Notes under the pieces: model-generated | Seen by the model: only the letters and a program-made list of their open reading frames with translations | The model's database searches: none | Told to the model about the DNA's origin: nothing | Shown here: piece by piece, positions 56,568 through 64,000 of the stretch | Numbering within the stretch: the first letter of the stretch is position 1 | Layout: every line of letters begins with the position of its first letter | Assembly (NCBI GenBank): GCA_963743205.1 | Contig: CAVUOW010000004.1 | Span: forward strand, 133,327-197,326 | Length of the DNA stretch: 64,000 nt | Reading direction: 5' to 3' | Origin: Candidatus Aminicenantes bacterium | GTDB lineage: Bacteria > Acidobacteriota > Aminicenantia > Aminicenantales > Saccharicenantaceae | Translations under genes and position numbers: made by a program

Positions 56568-58394
56568 GTGAAAGATCAGAACCTGGTGCCCCTTTGCCTG
56601 GCAGTATGCCTTGCCCTCGTCACGGCCACGGCATTTGCTGACCCTGGCACTCCCTCGTCGGCGCCCGTCCGCCTGGCTCCATCGAGCGGCCAATCTCCGG
56701 ACCCGAACACTGCGGCCGTTACTGAGACCAAGACCTATCTTCGGCGCCTCGAGAAGCTCGGCTTTGCGGGGGTCGTCCTTGTGGCTAAAGGCGATGTGCC
56801 CCTGGTGGCCGAGGGCTTCGGCCTGGCCGATCGGGAACACGGAATAAGATGGACCCCCGGCTCTGTATCGGATATCGGTTCGATCACCAAGCAGTTCACC
56901 GGCGCGGGCATTCTCAAGCTGGAAGAGGACGGCAAGCTGAGCGTCGTCGATCCCATCTCCAAATACTTCGACGGCGTCCCGGCCGACAAGTCGGCGATCA
57001 CCCTTCACCAGCTCCTAACACATTCCTCCGGCCTCGGAGACCCCGACATCGGCGACTTCGATCCCGTTCCGCTCGGCGAATACCTGAAACAGGTCTTCGC
57101 CAAGCCCCTCCTCTTCGCTCCAGGGAAGGGATACACCTATTCAAACGCCAATTTCAGTCTTCTCGGTGCCATCATCGAGAAGCTCTCCGGCAGGACCTAC
57201 GAGACCTTCGTGCGCGAGCGGCTTTTCCTGCCGAACGGCATGTACGAAACAGGATATACCATGCCGGCCTGGGGTGAAAGCCGTTTCGCCCAGGGTTATG
57301 AAGCCGATGGAGGGCGTTGGGGCACGTTCCTCGAGCGCCCGACGGCCGCCGATGGGCCTCATTGGGCGCTTCGCGCCAACGGCGGCATCCACACCACGGT
57401 CTATGATATGCTCCGTTGGGCGCGAGCCCTTCTCACCGGCCGCGTCCTCGCGCCCGAGTCGATGAAGAAGCTTTGGACGCCCCACGTCAGCGAAGGCGGC
57501 GATACATACTACGCGTACGGCTGGTCGATCGCCAAGGCGCCCGATGGGACGAAGATCGTCACCCATAACGGCGGCAACGGCATCTACTTCGCCGACCTGG
57601 CCATCGTGCCGGACACCGGACTCGTCGTCTTTCTCATGACCAACGTCATCGCCGAAAACCGGTCGGCGAATTCGCTCCTCGAGCAGATCGGGATGCGCTT
57701 CCTCGCGGGCCAGCCCTATCCGGACATTCCCGAGGTCAAGGATATGAGCGCGGCCGCGCTCGCCTCATTCGCCGGGACGTACAGCCTCCCGGCCGGTGCT
57801 GGAGCCTATCGCCTATCCTTGGACGGCCAGGCCCTCTTCATCGAAGCGGAAGGACGGAAGGCTTTCGCGCTTCTGAATTCTGTCAGCGACGCCGAACCCG
57901 GCCGCCTCGACAAGCTATCCAAGCTCATGGCGGGCATTATCGCCGCGAATATGAAGGGGGATTTCATCCCGCTCTCCAAAGCCTACGGCGGGGAAGTGGC
58001 CCCGGAGCGCTTGAAGGCCCGTTGGGCGGATCTGATCGCGGAGAGCGAGAAGGTCCGTGGCCGCTTCCAGCGCTTTGAGGTCCTGGGCACGGCCCGGACC
58101 CAGGACTGGGACGAGTCCGTCATCCGTTTCTTCTGCGAGAGAGGCACGGTCGACCTGACCTACGTCTGGGACCTCAAGGAGGAAGGCCGTCTCCGCGGCC
58201 GGTCGGCACGCGGCCTGACCGTGCGGATGCGCCTCTATCCTTCGGGCGAACGGGACTTCTTCACTTGGGATGGAGGGATCCGGCCGCCTAAGGCCGTCCA
58301 TATCGAGGCGGGCCCTGACGGCAACCTGCGCCTCAAGCTGGGCGATGTGGCGACCGCCGCCGTGAGGTCTAATGGGGTCGGACCACAGCAATAA
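56568..58394 (+). CDS. beta-lactamase-fold serine hydrolase
   Basis: SITK (SxxK) motif in GSITKQFTGAGILKL, and a signal peptide from GTG 56568 (VKDQNLVPLCLAVCLALVTATAFA). The track start at 56529 is possible. The C-terminus ..NGVGPQQ* lies in the MITE E terminus. Confidence 0.75.
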   Translation: MKDQNLVPLCLAVCLALVTATAFADPGTPSSAPVRLAPSSGQSPDPNTAAVTETKTYLRRLEKLGFAGVVLVAKGDVPLVAEGFGLADREHGIRWTPGSVSDIGSITKQFTGAGILKLEEDGKLSVVDPISKYFDGVPADKSAITLHQLLTHSSGLGDPDIGDFDPVPLGEYLKQVFAKPLLFAPGKGYTYSNANFSLLGAIIEKLSGRTYETFVRERLFLPNGMYETGYTMPAWGESRFAQGYEADGGRWGTFLERPTAADGPHWALRANGGIHTTVYDMLRWARALLTGRVLAPESMKKLWTPHVSEGGDTYYAYGWSIAKAPDGTKIVTHNGGNGIYFADLAIVPDTGLVVFLMTNVIAENRSANSLLEQIGMRFLAGQPYPDIPEVKDMSAAALASFAGTYSLPAGAGAYRLSLDGQALFIEAEGRKAFALLNSVSDAEPGRLDKLSKLMAGIIAANMKGDFIPLSKAYGGEVAPERLKARWADLIAESEKVRGRFQRFEVLGTARTQDWDESVIRFFCERGTVDLTYVWDLKEEGRLRGRSARGLTVRMRLYPSGERDFFTWDGGIRPPKAVHIEAGPDGNLRLKLGDVATAAVRSNGVGPQQ

Positions 58395-58605
58395 GCTATC
58401 TTATCAGTGATTTATCACTGTTTTCGGCCTCCAAAAAGGGCTTATCTTGATCTTTTTTGGGGTAAAAACGACCTCATCCCGAATTTGCAAAGGCAATCGT
58501 CTGCGCTTCTGTTTTTAGGGCTAAAAACACCTCGGTTAGGCCGAAAACAGGCCAAAAAATGGGCGTATCATATTGATAATATTCTGATAGCTGTGGTCCG
58601 ACCCC
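58374..58605 (+). mobile_element. MITE family 1, copy E (232 bp)
   Basis: Termini at 58374-58388 and 58591-58605. A perfect TATAAT (58612-58617) lies 6 bp outside the right end. Confidence 0.85.
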
Positions 58606-58649
58606 ATTGTGTATAATAGCCCGGTAATACCCAAGGAGGTGCGAAGGAT

Positions 58650-60857
58650 ATGAAAGGCAAAGCCATGACCATTCTTGTCGTCGCGATCGGGATCGTCGTC
58701 GTTGCGGCGGTCGCCTGCAAGAGCGAAAAGCCGACCTCGCCGGCCGTGCCCGCCACCGGGCCGCTGACCGCGGCGGTCGCCCCGAACACGCTCCCCGCCG
58801 ATAATCCCGAGAACCCCTTCTTCAAGCCCTTCGGCACGCCGTTCAACGTCCCGCCGTTCGACCGCATCAAGACCGAGCACTTCCTGCCGGCCATCGAGGA
58901 AGGCATCGCGCGCGAGCAGGCCGAGGTCGACGCCATCGTCAATAACCCCGACAAGCCGACCTTCGCTAACTCGGTCGCCACGCTCGACCACACCGGTCTT
59001 TTCCTGTCCGAGGTCAATAGCGTCTTCGGCGCCCTCCAAGGCGCCCTGACCAACAAGGACCTCCAGGCCGTCGCCCGCACGACCGCGCCCCTGCTGGCCG
59101 CGCACCGCGACAATATCGCCCTCAACGAGAAGCTCTTCGCCCGCGTTAAAGCCGTCTATGATGATCGCGCCAAGCTCGATCTCGGCCGCGAGGAGCTCTT
59201 CCTCCTCGAAAACACCTACAAGGACTTCGTCCGCGGCGGCGCCCTCCTCGACCCCGTCACCAAGACCCGCTTCCGTGAGCTCAATCAGGAGCTCTCGCTC
59301 CTCAGCCTCAAGTTCGGCGAGAACGTCCTGGCCGAGACCAACGCCTTCCAGCTGGTCATCGACAGCAAGAGCGACCTGGCCGGCCTTCCGCCTTCCGTCG
59401 TCGACATGGCCGCCGTCACCGCCAAGCAGGCCGGGCTCCCCGAGGGCAAGTGGCTCTTCACCATCCAGGTTCCGAGCATGACCCCGTTCCTGACCTATTC
59501 TGAGCTGCGCCCACTCCGCGAAAAGCTCCACCGCGCCTACACGATGAAGGGCGACAACGATAACGAGTTCGACAACAAGGAGAGCCTCCGCAAGATCGCC
59601 GCCCTCCGTCTCGAGCGGGCCAAGCTCCTCGGCTATCCGAGCCACGCCGCTTACGTCCTGGAGCTCAACATGGCCAAGACACCGGCCCGCGTCAACGACT
59701 TCCTGGCCCAGCTCTGGAAGCCGACGATCGTCAAGGCCCGGCAGGAGGCGGCCGCGCTCCAGGTCCTCGCCGACCGCGACGCGCAGGCCGGCAAGACCGC
59801 CAAATTCACTATCGCCTCCTGGGACTGGTGGTATTACACCGAGAAGCTGCGCCAGGAAAAATACGCCCTCGACGACTCCGCCCTCCGGCCCTATTTCAAG
59901 ATCGACAACGTCCGCGACGGCATCTTCGCCCTCTGCGGCAAGCTCTACGGCCTGAAGTTCATCGCCAAGCCCGAGCTGCCGCGCTATCACCCCGACGTCC
60001 AGGTCTTCGAGGTCCAGGAGGCCGACGGCCGCCACACCGGCATCCTCTATATGGATTTCTTCCCCCGGCCGAGCAAGCGCAGCGGCGCCTGGTCCGGGGC
60101 CTTCCGGCGCGCCTACTACGAAAAGGGCGAGCGCGTCCCGCCCGTCTCCTCGATCACCTGTAATTTCACCGCGCCCACGGCCGACGCCCCGGCGCTCCTC
60201 TCGACCGACGAGGTCGAGACGTTCTTCCACGAGTTCGGCCACTCGCTGGCCACGCTCTTCTCGCAGGGCCGCTACCGCAATCGCACCGTGGCCCGCGACT
60301 CGGTCGAGCTGCCGTCGCAGATCATGGAGCACTGGTGCTTCGAGCCCGACCTCCTGGCTGTCTACGCCAAGCACTACAAAACCGGCGAGGTGATCCCCGC
60401 CGAGCTCGTCGCGAAGATCGAGAAGAGCAGCCTCTTCAACCAGGGCTTCATCACCGCGGAGTATCTGGCCGCCTCGATCCTCGACATGGACTGGCACACG
60501 GCCGCAGACCCCGGCGCCGCCGACGTGCGCGCGTTCGAGAAGGACGCCATGGACCGCCTCGCGCTCATCCCGGCGATCGTGCCCCGCTACCGTTCGACCT
60601 ACTTCAGCCACATCTTCAGCGGCGGGTACTCGGCCGGCTACTACGCCTACATTTGGTCCGAGGTCCTCGACAGCGACGCCTACGAGCTCTTCCAGCAGAA
60701 GGGTATCTTCGACCGGGCCACGGCCGATTCGTTCCGCAAGAACATCCTCGAGCCGTTCGGCACCGAGGACATGATGACCCAGTACGTGCGCTTCCGCGGC
60801 GCCGAGCCCAAGATCGACGCCCTGCTGCGCAACCGCGGCCTGGATATCAAGGAGTAG
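58650..60857 (+). CDS. dcp: M3-family peptidyl-dipeptidase (Dcp-like) lipoprotein
   Basis: 735 aa. Lipobox VVAAVACK, the HEFGH zinc motif, and a typical M3 C-terminal region. Confidence 0.85.
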   Translation: MKGKAMTILVVAIGIVVVAAVACKSEKPTSPAVPATGPLTAAVAPNTLPADNPENPFFKPFGTPFNVPPFDRIKTEHFLPAIEEGIAREQAEVDAIVNNPDKPTFANSVATLDHTGLFLSEVNSVFGALQGALTNKDLQAVARTTAPLLAAHRDNIALNEKLFARVKAVYDDRAKLDLGREELFLLENTYKDFVRGGALLDPVTKTRFRELNQELSLLSLKFGENVLAETNAFQLVIDSKSDLAGLPPSVVDMAAVTAKQAGLPEGKWLFTIQVPSMTPFLTYSELRPLREKLHRAYTMKGDNDNEFDNKESLRKIAALRLERAKLLGYPSHAAYVLELNMAKTPARVNDFLAQLWKPTIVKARQEAAALQVLADRDAQAGKTAKFTIASWDWWYYTEKLRQEKYALDDSALRPYFKIDNVRDGIFALCGKLYGLKFIAKPELPRYHPDVQVFEVQEADGRHTGILYMDFFPRPSKRSGAWSGAFRRAYYEKGERVPPVSSITCNFTAPTADAPALLSTDEVETFFHEFGHSLATLFSQGRYRNRTVARDSVELPSQIMEHWCFEPDLLAVYAKHYKTGEVIPAELVAKIEKSSLFNQGFITAEYLAASILDMDWHTAADPGAADVRAFEKDAMDRLALIPAIVPRYRSTYFSHIFSGGYSAGYYAYIWSEVLDSDAYELFQQKGIFDRATADSFRKNILEPFGTEDMMTQYVRFRGAEPKIDALLRNRGLDIKE

Positions 60858-60860
60858 TCT

Positions 60861-61556
60861 TTATTTCGCGGCGGGTTTATTGAGCGCGACGACCAGGCCG
60901 AGCGAGATCGCGAAGGTCACTTTGTCATCGTCGAAGGTCAAGCCGGGCCGCAGGGCGAGCAACGCTCTCTCGGAGACCCCGTAAACGACGGGCAGGCCGA
61001 GGCCGAACGAAGCCAGGTTGTGCTTTCCGCTTATGGTCAGCCCGTCGGCATTCCTGATCTTCAAGCTCGTGCTCGCGTAGCCGAGCCCGGCATAGGGCTG
61101 AAGATAGAGCCCGGCGACGACAGGGACGTCCCGATAGACCGTCGCTCCGACGAGGATCGTGTTCGCCCACATGGTGAAGCCTTCGGCATCGAGGTCCGGC
61201 GAGGAATAATTGTCCCTCACGTACCCGGCCGTGATCGCAAGGGAAACGGGGGACCTGGACGAATTCTGTTTGATGACGTGGGCCGTGAGTTCGGGCATGA
61301 TCGACGTCGACGTGAGAGCGTTGAAGCCGCTCGAGACGGGGTCATAAGAGGGGCGGCCGACCGAGAACGAAAGATCGTAAATCCCCCCGAGCGAGACCGC
61401 GGCCGTGCCTGACCACCCGGACGCCTCGTTGCTCGTCGCGTACGCGCCGCTCAACCCGAACCCGCTTTGACCCTTTTTCAGGAAGCTGCTCTGCGGGAAC
61501 GTGACGAGCGCCGAGAGGAAGAACAGGGCGCAAGAAACGGTTAGGGACTTCTTCAT
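60861..61556 (-). CDS. putative outer-membrane beta-barrel protein
   Basis: 231 aa. Signal peptide MKKSLTVSCALFFLSALVTF and a Gly/Ser/Tyr-rich alternating pattern. Confidence 0.5.
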   Translation of the reverse strand: MKKSLTVSCALFFLSALVTFPQSSFLKKGQSGFGLSGAYATSNEASGWSGTAAVSLGGIYDLSFSVGRPSYDPVSSGFNALTSTSIMPELTAHVIKQNSSRSPVSLAITAGYVRDNYSSPDLDAEGFTMWANTILVGATVYRDVPVVAGLYLQPYAGLGYASTSLKIRNADGLTISGKHNLASFGLGLPVVYGVSERALLALRPGLTFDDDKVTFAISLGLVVALNKPAAK

Positions 61557-61644
61557 GACGACTCCTCGAGAGTTAGCCGCTCTCTCGCTTCCGGCAATCT
61601 GGCTCCATTATAGCCCTTGTCCGGATAAATCGGGGAGATAAACC

Positions 61645-61666
61645 GGGGACACAATACCAATTTCCG
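61645..61666 (-). repeat. 22-nt identical core CGGAAATTGGTATTGTGTCCCC, copy 3 (on the minus strand)
   Basis: Lies 88 nt upstream of the minus-strand start at 61556. A partial extra unit AAATCGGGGA is adjacent at 61627-61636. Confidence 0.8.
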
Positions 61667-61691
61667 AATTAAACGCAGGAAATTGGCGGCC

Positions 61692-64000
61692 CTAAAGAGC
61701 CGCGAGCCGCTTGCGGGCGTCGGCCGGCTCCGGCAGACCCGGGTCGGCGTCCTTCCATATCTCGAGGAACTTCTCGTAATTCCGCCGTGCGCCGGCCTTG
61801 TCCCCCTGTTTCTCGGCGATCAGCCCCAGCCGGTAGAAGCTCAAGGCATAGAGATACCCGCCAAAGATCCGGCCCGTCGTCAGCCTCTGCAGGCCTTCAT
61901 AGGTCTTGCGGGCGTTCTCCAGGTCGCCGGTCCCCTCGTATGCCCTGCCCAGAGCCGCGTAGTAATATGCGTCCGGATTCGAATAGGCCGATTGGGGCTC
62001 GAGCGAGTCCACCGCGGCCTTCGCATTCTCGACGGCCCGGCTGAAATTCCCGTTGGCCAGATCGATCTGGGCCTGGAGGCTCAGGAACCCTCGGATGGAC
62101 TTCTTGTTAAAGGACCGCTCGACCAGCGCCTTTCCGTCATCGGCCGCCTTCTGGGCCTCGGACAGCCGGTCCAATCCGACCAAGGCGGCCCCCCGGGCGA
62201 ACAAGGCGTATCGCATCATCGCCAGGCTCCCGTCCGCTTCGGCGATGCGGTATGATTGCTCGGCGGCCCCCAGAGCTTCCGCATGTCGCCCGGCGCCGTT
62301 GTAGACGAGGGTGGCGAAGAAATTGAAGGGCGCCAGCCACGTCGGCTCCCCGACCTTGCGCGCTTCCTCCATGACCAGGCCCATCTGTTCCAGGGCCTTC
62401 TCGAACCTCCCCTGAGCCATATAGAGGCAAACCAGGCCCCGTCGCCTCCAGGGCGTCTTGGCCTGGTCGGCCGCCGCGGCCAACCGGCCAAATTCGGCTT
62501 CGGCCCTGGCGAAGTCCCCCTTGAGCATCGCGGCTTCCCCGGCCGTGGCCATGACGTTCATATCCGTCGGCGCGAGGGTGAAGGCTTTGTCCGCCTCGGC
62601 CAGAGCGAGATCGTATTTCCCCTCAAAGGTCAGGACGCTGGCCAGATCGTCATGCGCGGGTGCGGAGTCCGGGACCGTTTTGAGGTAGCCCTCGAGAAGC
62701 TTCCGCGATTCGTCATATCGTCCCATCCGCGAGTAAGTCGAGACCAGGTTTCCGTAATAGAGGTAGGGCGCCCCCGGCTGCCTGACGCAGATCTCATAAC
62801 ACGCCGCCGACTTCTCGTGCTCCTCGATGCTTCCGTAGGCCATGCCAAGGCCGTTGTTGGCCAACGGATCGTCCGGATAGAGATCGACGACCTTCCGGAA
62901 TGCTGCGATGGCCTTGTCGACTGTCGCTTCCGACCTGGAATAATACGTCCCTTCGATGAGCCAGCGCTCACGGTCGGAGATCCGGTCGGTGAGGGCCATG
63001 GCCTTGCGCCGGTACTCGTCGGCCTTCGTCCGGAACCCCATGTTCGAGTAGGCCGTGCTCAAGCTCCGGTAGGCCATGGCAAACCCGGGGTCGATGGCTA
63101 CGGCCTTCTCCATCATGGCGATCGAGCTCTTGTAGTCGCGGGCCATATGGTAGGCCCGGCCCTGGGCGTAGAGCTTGTAGGCCTCGGGCGAGGCGCTCGT
63201 GATCTTCCCGACGTCCAAGTCGATATCGGCGGCGATCTCCCCCGAGGACAGACGGAGCCCCGCCTTGACCTTGCGTCCGAGCTCGTCGACCATCGTGTGG
63301 AAGCTCTCTTCGCCGATGCCCTCGACCATCTCGGAACTCAGGAGCTTTCCCGACGCGGCTTCCTCGAGGGTCGTGTTGATCCGGAAGGACTTGCCCGCCC
63401 GGGTCAAGGTTCCTTGAAGAATGTGGGTTGCCCGGGTCTTCTCGGCGACGCGTTTGAGATCTTCGGGAGCATAGGCCGGGGTGTTCATGAGGCCGAGCTC
63501 TCTCAGCACGCCATAGATCTGGCTGTCGCTGGCGACGTCGATGAAGCGGGACTGGGAGAGGTCGGCGATGATGAGCTCGGGCAGGGCCTGCCGCCAGACG
63601 TCCAGCGACGCGTCCCCCGTGCTGTTCTTAAAGTAGAGGACGGCCAGCGTGGGCTTGGCCCCGGCCGAAGGCAGAACGATGTGCTTCTTCAAGACGATGA
63701 GCCAGAGGACGAGCGCCGCCGCGATGACCACGACGCCGGCGACCGCCGGCACGACGAGCCTCTTGACATTGAACGTGACCGTCACCTGCTTCGACGTGTG
63801 CGGCCGCTGCTTCGGCACGATGCGCTCGGTCGTCGGCAGGGTCTGCTCGATGTGCTCCAATTCCGCGATGAGCTCGCCGGCGCTTTGGAACCGCTTCTCC
63901 TTGTCTTTTTCGAGACAACGCAGAATGAGCCGCGCCAGGTCCGCCGGGATCGCAGGATTGAGCTCGAGCGGGTCCCGCGGCGCCTCGCTCTTGTGCTTGA
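61692..64000 (-). CDS. Ser/Thr protein kinase with TM segment and TPR-repeat sensor region (N-terminus outside the window)
   Basis: The frame stays open upstream of the track start. 63861-64000 encodes ..PAIPADLARLILRCLEKDKEKRFQSAGELIAELEHIE (kinase subdomain XI), followed by a TM helix and many TPR-like repeats. Confidence 0.8.
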   Translation of the reverse strand, partial: KHKSEAPRDPLELNPAIPADLARLILRCLEKDKEKRFQSAGELIAELEHIEQTLPTTERIVPKQRPHTSKQVTVTFNVKRLVVPAVAGVVVIAAALVLWLIVLKKHIVLPSAGAKPTLAVLYFKNSTGDASLDVWRQALPELIIADLSQSRFIDVASDSQIYGVLRELGLMNTPAYAPEDLKRVAEKTRATHILQGTLTRAGKSFRINTTLEEAASGKLLSSEMVEGIGEESFHTMVDELGRKVKAGLRLSSGEIAADIDLDVGKITSASPEAYKLYAQGRAYHMARDYKSSIAMMEKAVAIDPGFAMAYRSLSTAYSNMGFRTKADEYRRKAMALTDRISDRERWLIEGTYYSRSEATVDKAIAAFRKVVDLYPDDPLANNGLGMAYGSIEEHEKSAACYEICVRQPGAPYLYYGNLVSTYSRMGRYDESRKLLEGYLKTVPDSAPAHDDLASVLTFEGKYDLALAEADKAFTLAPTDMNVMATAGEAAMLKGDFARAEAEFGRLAAAADQAKTPWRRRGLVCLYMAQGRFEKALEQMGLVMEEARKVGEPTWLAPFNFFATLVYNGAGRHAEALGAAEQSYRIAEADGSLAMMRYALFARGAALVGLDRLSEAQKAADDGKALVERSFNKKSIRGFLSLQAQIDLANGNFSRAVENAKAAVDSLEPQSAYSNPDAYYYAALGRAYEGTGDLENARKTYEGLQRLTTGRIFGGYLYALSFYRLGLIAEKQGDKAGARRNYEKFLEIWKDADPGLPEPADARKRLAAL

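Noticed and set aside
33562-58605. Whether the repeated GGGGTCGGACCACAG units are a CRISPR array
   Set aside because: The units are inverted pairs bounding about 200 bp of homologous AT-rich sequence. They are separated by kilobases of genes, not by regularly spaced direct repeats with unique spacers, and no cas genes are present.

Overview
GC-rich bacterial chromosomal segment, densely coding on both strands, with about 50 protein genes and no rRNA, tRNA, CRISPR array, transposase or phage genes. Left to right: an amidohydrolase and an Ntn-hydrolase; a translationally coupled radical-SAM/SPASM operon of unknown function; phosphoketolase; a three-gene PAS/histidine-kinase/response-regulator locus; the selenocysteine operon selA-selD-selB behind a DsbD-alpha-like gene; a carbohydrate locus (Na+/solute symporter, nagB, PIG-L deacetylase, ROK-like kinase, DUF4861, kdgK, eda, MFS); then a 30-kb stretch dominated by secreted hydrolases (C69, GH97, M48, GH3, GH27, M14, beta-lactamase-fold, M3 Dcp), outer-membrane proteins, and a partial Ser/Thr kinase-TPR gene. 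The most unusual content is non-coding. (i) Six copies of a 210-255 bp AT-rich miniature inverted-repeat element with perfect GGGGTCGGACCACAG termini, all in one orientation, wedged against gene ends and supplying the last codons and stop of three hydrolase genes. (ii) A second 85-93 bp element with 23-28 bp termini that also begin GGGGTC. (iii) A 22-nt identical core, CGGAAATTGGTATTGTGTCCCC, at three loci, two of them at the same distance from a start codon, plus a nested cluster of diverged copies. Several genes are broken by frameshifts (two-component genes, GMC oxidoreductase, an acidic protein, GH3, and a GH172/DUF2961 gene with about ten frame changes). From sequence alone I cannot separate genuine decay from indel sequencing error. 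Many long ORFs in the track are antisense or out-of-frame artefacts of high GC and were not called. All functional calls rest on motifs recognised by eye, not on database searches.
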